Shown here one piece after another: positions 28,901 through 40,508 of a stretch of DNA of 64,000 nucleotides. A model generated the notes under the pieces. The model had not been told where the DNA came from. It did not search any database and saw only the letters and a list, made by a program, of their open reading frames with translations. The DNA is taken from positions 3,100,001-3,164,000 of the forward strand of contig CM102287.1 in assembly GCA_046563655.1 (NCBI GenBank). The letters are read 5' to 3'. Origin of the DNA: Yuukianura sp. NJ FZ-2021. Taxonomy: Eukaryota. Numbering within the stretch: the first letter of the stretch is position 1; the number at the start of each line of letters is the position of its first letter. Both the position numbers and the translations under genes were made by a program.

Positions 28901-30201
28901 ACAAACTTTATTTTTTAAGTAGCAAAACCTACTTTATGGGACCATTTTGTCTGTCTGTCAGACCGGCTGTTTCTGCGTTTTGATTTAGTGTTGGATAATG
29001 CTTTGTCCCTTTTGGTTTAGTTTTTTTTTTCTAAAAAGTTAGGTTCTGATTAGCTATTTTTTTGGAACATAAATTATTGTTGAAAGGACAGAACATGTTA
29101 TTGTTGTCATTGTTGACGTGAGTTATGAAGGGAGTCAATAGGCTCATTCATCTTCCAGATAATTTATTGTCCACTTTCCCACGTCCTAAGGTAAATCGAA
29201 AGATTCTTTTAGTTAGCTTAACCTAACCTTTGACCTTTTGATCTCTTTTTTTTGAAAAACTTTTTCCAAATCAAACATTAAAGCCAAAACCAAACCAAAG
29301 ACGGTACTTTCTGCTTAAGTAAGACTGAAAATGTTACGTTAGCAACCTAACTTAATCTTCTAACCAAGTTCCTTTGGGATTCTTCCACTTCAAATCCCAA
29401 TCAACTTAATTAACTTCGTACAACTCTCTCTTCAAAACCAAAAAAAAAAACTCCCCGTTGTAAGAGACTTAGAGAAATTTTTAGAAAAAGTACACTTGAG
29501 TTTAATTTTTAGAAAAAATGTTGAATTTAGGGTTTGGAAAAGAGAAAAGATTGAAGTAGAACTGAAGCGGAAGGAGGACTGCTTTAGGTTGAGTGATTTT
29601 GTTCGTACCAGCAGAACACAGTCTCAAGATGGAGAGCTTTGGCTTAAGAGCAATTTCACTACTTTAAAAAAAACTCGTTTTTTAAAAAAGAAGTAAAATT
29701 GAAAAGTTTAGTCAAGTGAAATTGTATTCTGATTTAATGTGGGAGGGAGAAAGGGAGGGGTACTGGCTTATTTCTTAAAAAAAAACGAAAGCCTTTCAAC
29801 AAAATCGTTCCGCAAGTTACTCCCTTTGTCCCTTTCACTCTTAAAAATGTGTTGCTTTTTTTTTGAAATTTTTTTTTTAACTTTGCAAATGCAAATCTAG
29901 TCAAATCCTTCAAAGTTTTGAGAATTTCGATAAACCTAGAAACACTAAAAAAAAACAACAAAAATACGGCATCTTTGGTTTTGGTAGAATAAAAAAAGTA
30001 GCTTTCGCTACTTAATAAAGGCCTCATTGCACTTTTAATGCAGTTAAATTTTTTGAAAAGCAAAGAATCAAAATTTTTAGAAAAAAAAATGTAACGTGAT
30101 ACGTGATACAAAAGATTAAAAGTTTTTTAATTACCAATGTCAGAGAGACTGTGATGAAAGCAGAGAAAGATTAAAATTAGACGCAGCACAAAATCTTCCA
30201 T
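4972..30201 (-). CDS. Dpr-family (defective proboscis extension response / zig-8-like) two-Ig-domain cell-surface protein, ~302 aa; exons 30201-30135, 23229-23069, 14472-14421, 12488-12370, 12246-12198, 10357-10183, 6014-5878, 5120-4972
   Basis: Exons splice in frame (909 nt): signal peptide MEDFVLRLILIFLCFHHSLS; Ig1 NITAPLGSTVFLHCKVNLLQDKT-VSWMKK..LLTFGLTTYSGDER..DWKLRIKYV..EGLYQCQVSSHPP; Ig2 GSTLELRC..LNFDTSRGGISVKT..DSGPYVCSL..VHVING; Dpr hallmark GEVPAAMQH; hydrophobic tail. The first exon is inferred from phase and signal peptide. Confidence 0.88.
6600..6840. repeat. Degenerate intronic minisatellite (tttctcccacttttgtccac-like units)
   Basis: Recurrent CCACTTTTGTCCA/TTTCTCCCACTTT units explain the repetitive SPTFVH ORFs in the track. 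Confidence 0.7.
26826..27105. repeat. Degenerate TTAGG/CCTAA tract with tandem 18-bp palindromic units (TAGCCTAAGTTAGGCTAG)
   Basis: Palindrome AGCCTAA-G-TTAGGCT repeats with an 18-bp period from 26905; an isolated copy is at 19842-19858. Confidence 0.6.
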
Positions 30202-30968
30202 TTTCCTCGCTTTGTTCAAATAAACAAATTTTTGTCAAATTTTTAGAAAAATTTTAATGCAGCACTTGGAAATCTCTCAAACATTTGAAAATTCTGTCCA
30301 AACTGTAACGAATCCGAACTCAAAAAAGCTCACTCTCACTTTTGTAACAACTGTAAAAGTTAAATTAATCTAATGACTGTACAATGTCAAAGGTCAAACT
30401 TTATCTATTGGAATAGCCACACTAACTTGACTAACTTATTTAAAAAATAGGTTAGTTTTTTTTTAAATCACTTGTGCAGCAAGATTTAGGTGACTTTAGT
30501 TTAGGCGTTGATAAGATGTTGTTCCGGTGCGAGAAAGAAAGCGAATGAGGGAGAAAATCTTGCAGTGGAGAAAATATGAACGTTTTCTCCCTCCAAACTT
30601 GGAAACTTTCTCCCCTTTACACCGTTACACCTTCCTGTTTTTGCAAATTCCACAAAACAGAAAATGTTGGCATAAAACTGTAGTTTACTAAGAATTACTC
30701 AGGCAAATAACTTTTAGAATTGAATTAAGCTAGGTAAGAGGTACTCTTGAATACTAAAGTTGCATAAATGTTTGTACAAATGTGAAAATTATCAGGAATT
30801 CTATAAGCAAAACCTATTTTGAGTGACTACGATAACTAAAAGCAGAAAAATATAGTAAAGGCATAGTACCTCGAAGAAGAAAGTTACAAATAATACTTTG
30901 TTACATAACATACTGGAAAATACTTGATGTTATAACGAAAACTTCTGAGAAGTGAAGCGATGCAGATA

Positions 30969-32129
30969 CTATTGTCGCTGTGTACGGGCGTTCTTGCGAC
31001 ATTGATGTTCGTGTTCCAACAAAGTACGGAAGCACATTGCGGCTTCTTGTACTGGCATACTGGCATACGAATTGATCAGTGCCTCCATGGATCCTTTCTT
31101 CAAGTTGCGAAAGAAGATGGCTTCAATAGCTTTGGCATTGATGGTGCTAAACAGTAAGGACGAAGTTGTTAACGTCGTTAAAGTTAACCCAAGTATTATA
31201 TTGATTACTTACCGAAGCATAGGCAAAAGCAAAAGGACATCAAGAATTCGACGACCTAATTGCTGACGAATCATTGCCCCAATAGGATTTGGAACTCCGA
31301 CAGGAATGCTGTACTTGTGCAGTTGGTCCAGTACGGCCTTATGAAAACTATTGACGATCGTAATAGTGTCCGGACCAAATTCGGCTACACGATCTGTAAC
31401 ATAAAAATACCAAATGTCTACTGTTGTTTCGTAATTAGAAGTTTAAGTTAACTTTTGTGGTCGTGAACGTTGGTTTACCGGAACTGGTTAGAGCCAACAG
31501 CTTCAAGGCTTCGTATTCATAGGTGTCCAGATTGAATTGTTGCAGAGTAAAACAAATCATTGTGAACTTGCTAATTAGTTCATCCAGCTTCGAACCTTTG
31601 CCTGGACCAAGAGCTTTCTCAACCTTCGAGCCGTAGCGGAACTGCGAGGAGCGCATGAGATGTTCAGCTGAGACGGAACTGTGGGAATATTCGGCAAATG
31701 AAACGATGAACAAATCACTCCAGGCGGAACCAATCAACGAAGTCTGGATGTCTGGTCTGAAAATGTCAAATCAAGTTCACGACTTTGTTTAAAAGTAATG
31801 AACGAAGTGGTAATCGATGTCCAACGTTACCTGAGTTGGCTAAGGGACGAAATGGCGCGTGTCCAGTGTACTGCGAATTGGAGGATGGTTATGCCTCCTG
31901 AGTTGACTGCTGCCATGTAGTCAGGTACGATGATAGCTACTGGCAACTGTGCCGCAACCAGTGGTGACATTGTTTCGTCCAAACCCGAACAATGTTGACC
32001 GGGACGCGGAGGCTGTGGACGAGGTGGACGAGCTTCGTTGTCATCACCATAAACTACCCGGCACATCCGTGTTTCGTCCGCTTCCACTTCTTCGACGAAT
32101 TCAACTTCCGAGTCTGACTCGATCTCCAT
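30969..32129 (-). CDS. Nuclear receptor ligand-binding-domain protein lacking a zinc-finger DBD (NR2E/NR2F-like LBD, NR0B-like architecture), 311 aa; exons 32129-31831, 31756-31479, 31393-31213, 31146-30969
   Basis: Four GT-AG exons total 936 nt in frame. H3-H5 signature AVHWTRAISSLSQLRPDIQTSLIGSAWSDLF, H8 LQQFNLDTYEYEALKLLAL, H10-H12 LLLLPMLRTINAKAIEAIFFRNL..SMEALINSY. Start context AAAAC-ATG with an in-frame TAA two codons upstream. Confidence 0.85.
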
Positions 32130-32804
32130 GTTTTACTATCGTCGTTACTTAATTGTTAATTACTAATTAATCAATTTAAACCGTAAGTTTGGTAAAAATC
32201 CGTGCCAACAGTTCTGACAAAAGTAACGGTGTCCGCAAATTACTCCAAAAAAAAGACCACACACGGTCTGTATCCGTCGAAATGCAAAAATAAAAAAATC
32301 CAAGACAAAGGAATTCGCAACTGCGCATGATTGGCGCAAAGATCGGCATCTGAACAGAACAAATGGTTTTTCTTTGTTTGTGGTTGACAAAAACAAAATG
32401 TAGATCCATTGTAACAGTAGGGTTTTGACGTAAACGGGGAAGCAAATTTTGAACATATCACGAGCCATCACGCTTTTGTTTTAATTTGTGTCGTTTAATT
32501 ACTTTGCAACACATTAGAAATTAAATAATATGTATTATATTTCTGTGAGATTGTACAACTTTTCAACACATTCTACATTACATTACTTTGTACATTGTAC
32601 TTTCCTGTACCGCACACTACGCTATATTCAACTTGCAATAAATTGTTGCAGTTGCATAATTTTTAAAATTAAACTGACATTGGCAATGGCAATAGTATCG
32701 TAAAACATTTGTAAACACTAAACAGCAATGGGTTAGTAATAAAACGGGTTGGCTTTTTATGTGGCAACAATAATGGAATGCCTGCCTCACTCCAACCAAA
32801 TCAA

Positions 32805-32895
32805 AATGGTCACGTGACCGGTGACGTAATATAGCGGCAACTAATAGTAATTTATCAAGGTCAACTGCGTCAGCTGATGAAGGTCAATCGTCAGT
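32805..32895. promoter_or_regulatory. Motif cluster in a probable bidirectional promoter
   Basis: Palindrome GGTCACGTGACC (~32808), CRE-like TGACGTAA, TCAAGGTCA (32855-32863) and TGAAGGTCA (32878-32886), lying between the divergent NR-LBD gene and + strand spliced exons. Confidence 0.35.
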
Positions 32896-35724
32896 ACAGT
32901 GGGGTGGGACTGGGACAGGGACAGCGGCAACGGCAAGTATTTTTATCTTTGCGATGATCTTCGGACATTTACAATTACAAATGGAGTCCGTCATGGCAGC
33001 TTATCTACTGAACAGCAGCGGTGTCTCCCTCTCGACTCGAGGAGATGTCGAGAAGGACGATTAATCCAGTTCTACTTGAAGGAGTAAGTAAGTTACGGTA
33101 ATTCATTCGTTTTGCAACAATAATCGATGTAACATTTGTACTCCAGGTTTCAAGAATTTGGACCCTACGCTTGGAATTGACTGATCGATCATCCCTTATG
33201 TACAACGTTCTTTATCTAATGCATTCAAATCGAGGCCAAGGCCAATTCCTGTTTGTATGAAATGTGATCCTGAGACGGCAAATTTTGGGTATGACGTTAA
33301 TCGAATTCCCAACAGTTTGTAAAATATCGTTTTGATCTAGTCACGAGATGAACTAGAAAGATTCATTTCTACAGAAGGGAGTGTGTAGGGGGTGTCAATA
33401 GTTTGACATGGTGCCTAAATTATAGTCTTCCTCAAATTGAAGTTCGAACAGGACCATAATACTTTTCTGTGTTTTCAGCACAATGGAGAAACGAAAGTAG
33501 TTCATATTCTGAAGATCTTCCAGTGACAGTAATTGAGCTCAAATGTCCCGGACAGCATTTCTCATGCTTGGTTCAAGTACATCTACCTTCCTAATCTTCC
33601 ACAAGAACCAGTATGTTCCAAACCATTCAAGTCAATGGCTCAAAAGACCAAGAGTCCAAAATGCTCACTTGTCTCTGAATTCTTCTCAGGTTTGGGCCAT
33701 CCATTTTTGTTGATGTTGTTGAAGTGATGCTTGAAAAGTGTGGAGTTACTAGGGAAGGGGAGGATGCTGGATACGACTGGACCAAAATAATTCGAAATAT
33801 GGTCATGACATTTCCGTTGTGCTCCTAAACCTGAATGGAGGGGACTTGGGAGGTAAGTGAGCCACGAAATAGGCTACACGTCCAACGACTTTCTTCAATT
33901 CAGGACTTAAAACACAACAACATTGGGCAAAGGGCCCTCCAGCGCCTGCTGTCGTCATCGTCCACGGTTCTTGTAAAAATACTAAAGTTTTGCTGTTCTG
34001 TTTTCAGAAATTCGGGAAATCTGTCATCTTGAGGACGTTTTGGCCTAAAACCGTCCAGGATTGTCCAGAACTCTTGAACGGTAGAACTGATGGAGCCCTT
34101 GAAGGCCCCTTGCCCAAGTAAGTCGGAACAAGAGTTATAAAGTTATGAAGGAAAGCAAGGAATTGGAATTGTGAGGTGAAAGTTTCAGAGGAAAGTTTAA
34201 TGGAATGGAATGCCTAGAAATTGAGTATCTCTCCCCCTTACCACTTTTCCTTTATACTTCCCAAAAGGAAACCTCAACTGCTTTTTTCCTCAAAAAGTTT
34301 GAATTATTTTCTGGTTTCAGAAATGTAACAAAATTTTCTCTTGTAAAAAGGATTCAGTTTTTCGGAAAAGTTGGTCCAGAAGTTTTTTAGTTTTCAGTTT
34401 GCGGAAGAAGTTGCTTTAAAAAAAGTTTACTTTGCTGCGTAGAGTAATCTTTGGGAATCAAAAATAAAGTGACTGTCCACTACTTCCCTCCTTTCAAGTC
34501 ACGAGTTACTCCAGGAAACGATAAGAAAGGAAAGTGAATCCAGGAAATGGAGAAACCCAAAATGTGAATTCCTCTACTAAAACGTATTCTCACACTTTCG
34601 TAGATCTTGGATATCAAAACTGGAAATGAGTTTTCACTTCCAAGAAGTGAGCATTGGGAAATGCAAAAGTTTGAAAAGTTTGTTCTGAAAACCAAGAAAG
34701 GTCACGGGGTCACTGGCTCATAAGTATTGTCAAGCACTGTTTATAGAATTTATTGAATTTTACAAAAAACAATTTTTTTTGGTCATTCCTTCATTCCCAT
34801 TTTGATATTTTTGTTTACTTATTATAACATCTTTTTTTTTGCAGATTCTCTTCTCGTGACTTTAAATTGTGTTGCTCCGAATATCCAATCAGAAGTCGAC
34901 GAATCTGGTGGTGGCTGGCGTTTTTGTTTCCTAAACCAAAGAAATCTGGACACATAAGCAACACCTACCGGGAGCGATGCAGAGTCGAGCTAGCTCTGAT
35001 TTACCATCATTGTAACCGCCTAACCTCCAACGACTTTTGACGACCATTTTTCCGGAAGTTTGATCTTACCAGAACCAGCGTCTCCAATCTTACTAAAGGT
35101 CGCACCGCGAGCGTACTCCTGCAAAGACTTGACAAGGTTCGTGAGTATTTTAAAGTCTTACACTTATAGAAGTTTCTTGTACCTAACTTTGCATTAATTC
35201 AACCAGAAATGCTGATTCAGATTTGCGTCATCTCTACAAACACAAATCACAATTCGACTCTTAACCAAAACAAGCAGTCATCTGTGTAAAAGTGCCACTG
35301 ACTCTGTTGTTGCACTCCAAATACCAATACAGTAGGGGGAAGAATCCACAAAGGACAAAGAGAGGACACGGAACACAGCAGTTTCAAATCATAACACTCC
35401 ACTACTCCACAAAGAAACATTGTTAATTGAAGTTTCAAGATAAGTTTCAAGCATAATAAGCCACTTTCTGGACTTGGAAGGTCGTCTCTTCACTGTGGAC
35501 GTTCTCTAATGTGACCTTGGACTTTGCATTTTAAGTGCTCAATTGCAGCCTACTACGCTTGTTTGGAAATCAAAAACTGTCAGCTGATCTAAGGTAACAA
35601 TCACCATTCACCACTATCAATTTATACTTTTTAGAACAGAAATATATTTATTGATCAATCGATTAATGCTTGAAGTAAACAATTGATTTATGAACTAATA
35701 GTTACTTTGTCATTTCAGTACATC

Positions 35725-37856
35725 ATGGATAACGACAGAGGTCAAGGTGGTGCCAATCCGGATAGCCCTGAACCTGATGCTGAAAACAAAGTGGATACTG
35801 CCAATACTACTGGAAGTGAGGCTGATGCTGAGAACAAAGGCGATACTGCTGATACTACTGGAAGTGAGGAAAATCCTAGCGGCAAATCGTCAACAGCTGA
35901 TGAATCGAGTATCGAAGCCCTGAACTGGAGCGACTTTGAAGAAGACGAACTACAACTATCAGCCGCTGACGCTGCTTTATTGCAGAGCATTCACTCGGTT
36001 TTGTCAGATGACGGTGGAAGTGGAGCTGATGATGTGGTCAAGAACATGTCAGCTTCCGTTTCTTCCGATATCACAACAGTTCTGGCTGATGGTGTGGCAG
36101 ATGAGGATGAGTTTGAAGAAAACGACGTGGAAATTGAATTCGGCAGGGTTGACAGTGCTGAATTGATGGATACGCCGCCGACGAAATCAAATATAAATTT
36201 TGGCACCAAGAGGAAACGTGAAGAGAGTCCTGTCATGTGGAACACGTTACTCGTTCCACCAAGCTTTGCAAACAATGAGCCCATCAGCGGCGATTTATCT
36301 TCAAATGCAGCAGTCCTGGATGATGGTGTAAGTCACTCAACATTCTCAAGATTGATTAATCGTGCTAATTTCTTAGTTTATAAACTGTTATTTTTTTATA
36401 GCCAATATGGGCCAAAGGAAGCAAAAGATACAAATTCGAAGAGAATCGTCGTGTGAATCAAAAACTAACCTTCGGTGTTCTTCTTTCTGTCGTTCTTGCC
36501 TTGGGCCTTGGACTTGGGAATCTTGTGGCATACAATGAATGTGAAGCTGAGCATAAAGCTACAGAAGTACCCTGTCCAATGACATCTAAAGTCTCATCTC
36601 CTGGAATTATCACTCCAACACTTCCACCAATACTTCCAACTTCTGTAGAACCGGATGCTGCCAGGCCTTTGCCAGTTCCAGCATCATCGATTCCTCCAAG
36701 TACAACTACTGCCATTCCAGAAGTTACCATTCCAGCATCAGACCCAGTAAAACCAATGGTTGATCCCAAGTATTCTCAACATGCCGAAGAGCTTTCCAAA
36801 GTCCTCAAGATGCTGGACGAGTTGTCCAGGAAGATTGACCGATTTGAGAATACTACGAGACAGTTGAGCGGAATTGTGATGATGCGGGACGAAATTAAGA
36901 TTGAAGAGGATGATCCGCCGGTAAAGAAAACAAAGTTCACACAAGTACTGTCTGAGGTGATGATGGCCAAGAAAGTCAAGAAAGCATCGGAGGTCACCTC
37001 GGGCCAAGTCAAAACTTGGAGGGACAAGAAGGAAGAGGTGCTGGAGGATATTGCCGGAGCTGTGTTGGAGGCAATGCAAGCGGAGGAGGAACCGGAACAA
37101 AGTACCTTGCTGGAGAGTAGTCAAGTGTTTTCAGTAGATGAAGTCCATACACCACCACTGGAGGTCCAACAATTCCCACAGTCTTCATCAAAATCTGAAG
37201 ATTTTCTGGAAGTATCGTCAACTTTCGACGAACGTGACCTGCAGGATTCTGAAGATGATATTGTCAGTTCAGAGCCTGAAGAACTTTTCTCGGAACAGGA
37301 AGATCAGAATGCTGAAGACGATCAGCTGATCCGCAAACCGAAGTTGAAGCGTGAAACAGCGATTGATCTGGAAGACGAAGACTTGGAGTTGAAACTGGAA
37401 CCAGTACAGCAGAATCCTACAAATTTTGAGATTCCAGAGCACAAGTCCAGCAAGAAGACGAAAGAGGATTGGAAAAAAGAAAAGAATTTGGAAAAAGAGA
37501 AACGAAGGCTGGAAAAAGAGCAATTTCGAAAACAGAAGGAGCAGGGAAGAGAGCAATTTCGAAAACAGAAGGAGCAGGAAAAATTGGAACGGAAGAAAGC
37601 AAAATACGAAAATTCCAAGCACCACAAAAACCGAAACGATGAAGAGATGCTGTACAAGCAGAAGCAGAGGTCAGACAAGGTCGTAGCAAAATCAAACTCT
37701 GACTGGGTCACTGCTAGAGCACAGAATCGCGAATCGAGTCGGCGAGCTTCCGAAGAATACGACCGGAAACACAAGAATTGGCAGACGGAAAGAAGCCGGC
37801 TCCGTGAAGAGTTTCGAATTGTTTCGGCTATTACTAACAACAATAGAGAGATTTAG
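35725..37856 (+). CDS. Single-pass membrane protein, CCPG1/PBXIP1-like architecture, ~685 aa; exons 35725-36327, 36402-37856
   Basis: A 74-bp intron (gtaagt...tttatag) joins the 257-aa and 467-aa track ORFs in frame. Acidic disordered N-terminus, TM NQKLTFGVLLSVVLALGLGLG, coiled coil, K/E-rich region and two W-x3-R-x3-RE repeats (DWVTARAQNRE, NWQTERSRLRE). The family call rests on architecture only. Confidence 0.6.
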
Positions 37857-38629
37857 TTACACAAAAGTTTGAAAAACCTTTGACCTCGTTGACCTTTGGG
37901 TTTATTCTTCCTGTTGTCTTTGAAAATGGTAAGTTTTAAAAATTCATCTCTACATTCTTGTAATCCTTGACTTGTGTGATGTTCGATATTTTTCAAAATC
38001 TGAAATTGTTTTCAAGTTTTCAGTGTTTAATATATCGTTGACTTCAAATTCTAGAATAGACATTTCGAAAATGTAAATTTGGAAATTTTCGATTTTGAAA
38101 TTTGAATTTGTTAAAAGTGATTTAATGTTCTCCGATGTAACTATTTAAGGCATTGTCTTTCGTGTTGTGGATTATTATGATAAATGACGTAACTAGAAAG
38201 TTACCACTTCCTAAAGTATAATTTTAAGTGTGTCAACATAACTACTCGATGTCAATTACAATTAACACAACAAAAATGAATCTAGGGTGTTTTGCTTTTC
38301 AGTGTAAGATGTGTCATGAATCCAGTAAGTTTGCAAAGAAATTAAATGTAGGAATATTTTACTCTTGAATTGAATCGGAATCGCTGCGCAAGAAAAAAAA
38401 CTATAATTATTTAAGTAATTAAGTGTTTACAGTTAATTTGTCAAGGCCATTTGATTATAAGGGGCAATTTAATTGGTTATTGTGTGTTAAGAGAGTGATT
38501 TGATTAGCGATTAAGATTACTAAAAATGTAGCGAAATTGTACCTTGTACCTAATAAATTACAACTGTGGTAATAAACATACGCAATTATAAATTATGGAA
38601 TTAATCGTAGAATTTGTCTAATTAATTCT

Positions 38630-40248
38630 AATTAACTAATTACTGGAAGTAGGGATATCTATCATCTTGCTGATACTTCGGCAAGATGAAACCGTTCTAT
38701 TCTCCTCCGAGACCAAGACGAAAGTGAGCGGGAATAATTTGGGGAGCTTCGCTTTTATATGAAAAAGGAAGGAGTTACTGGTTACTCTTTCGAGGAGTAA
38801 GATTCTACGAAATCCTACTCTTTTGGAGTTAGAATGGGAGCCGCCCCCTTCCAGGACCAAGACGAGAATGAATGAGAACAATTTGGTGCGGGTTCCTTTT
38901 ATATGGAAACAAAAGGAGTAACAGTTAACTCTTTTTTGCGTTTTGCTTTTCCGCTGGAGGTCCGCACTCGTGAACTACACCTGGCGCCTCTTTTGTCCAC
39001 TTCGGATGTCCGCACTCCGAACCTACCCCCGACCCTTTTTCTGTTTTTTGCAAAAAATGTGAATTTTTTTTATCTAGAAAATAAAGGGGTAGCTGGTAAC
39101 TCTTTTGGAGTAACGTGTTACTCTCTTGCAGATTTCTGATTGGTTGGCAGATTGCCATCGGCCGGCTCACATGTCAAAACAACATCATGTCAAATGATGC
39201 AAAAATTAATTTTCAAAATTTCGTCTTTAGAAAAAAAAAGCTTACTTCTCCTAGTCCATTTTTTTTTCAAGAATCGATCGCAAACTTTTTGGCAGTTTTT
39301 GAACTTTTAAAATTAAAAAAAATACTTTAGGTGATTCTGAATTCGGTTGTGAAGAGATTTTCCCTCCAACGCATTCCATTGCTGAGACGCGAATTTTTAA
39401 ATTTTATGAATTTTTGAATTTTTTGGAAAAGATTTTACACAAACACAGTGAAGTTAAAGCGTCTGCTAGAAAACTGTCCGGAGCTATGCGGGGATCGTAC
39501 AGTCCAGAAAGGCTCCTCGCCTTCCTCAACTTTTTTTCTCCGCCGGCGGACTTCCCATACAAAAGTAAGGCAGAGACAGCTCCCCTATCCACCTCTTCGC
39601 TCCGTATAGTATCCTATCTCAATTCTACCAAATTCATAGCTACACTTTATAATTCCTAGGATCACAAATTTCTAAAAATTGCAACTTTGTGGCGATTTCT
39701 GCAACTTCATCGGCCGGCTCAAGTTGCAGAACACAAATTCACATAATTAATGCTAATTAATTATTGGAAGAATTAATGCTAATTAATTAATGGTAATTAT
39801 TGGAAGTGTGGAAATTTGCTTGCTGATTTTATTTTTCAAAATGAATCCGTGCTCTTCCCTTCCAAGACCAAGCCGAGGAGAGTAAACGAGAAAAATTTGG
39901 TGAGTTTTCTTTAAACGAAGGAGTTACTGGTTACTCTTTTGAGGAGTAAGATCTTACGGAATCGTACTCTTTTGGAGTTAGATTGGGAACCGCCCCCTGC
40001 CAGCACCAAGACGAGAGTGAAGGAGAACAATTTGGCGAGCTTTCCTTTTATATCGACAAAGAAGGAGTAACTGGTAACTCTTTTTTTGCGTTTTGTTGTT
40101 CCGCCGGAGGTCCGCGCTCCTGAACTACACCTGGCACCATTTTTGTTTCCTTTTAAATGTCCGCACTCTGAGACTACCCCCGTCTTTTTTTCAAAAAATG
40201 TCTGGTAATTCTTTTGAGGAGTAACATGTTAACTCTTTTGCAGATTTA
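38630..40248. repeat. Two diverged direct copies (~38630-39135 and ~39790-40248) of a palindrome-rich non-coding module
   Basis: Collinear shared blocks ACCAAG.CGA, AATTTGG, GGAGTTACTGGTTACTCTTT, CCGCCCCCT, GGAGGTCCGC..TGAACTACACCTGGC and TTGCAGATTT in both copies. Confidence 0.85.
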
Positions 40249-40508
40249 TGTGAAAAAGAAAAACGCGAAGTTTTAATGAGTTTTCTTGTCAGCATATTCA
40301 AAATTAAAATTACACGTAAAGTTCGTGACAAACATAACTTAACCTTAGAATTAAAACCAAACTTATTGCTTTCACAAAACTTTATGACTTAGGGAGTACA
40401 ATGTGTTGTAAGGGTCGAGTTAGCAGTTATTATTTACAATTCACCGAGTTGTCATCAATCACAGTTTCAATTAACTAAAAACTTAACTTTTAGTCAGAAT
40501 TGACTTAA

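Noticed and set aside
30720..33360. NR-LBD gene as cargo of a Helitron or other transposon, given the local composition shift
   Set aside because: No convincing termini, TIRs or TSD were found.
36458..37843. Several long antisense ORFs
   Set aside because: They are shadows of the long + strand exon, with low-complexity products.
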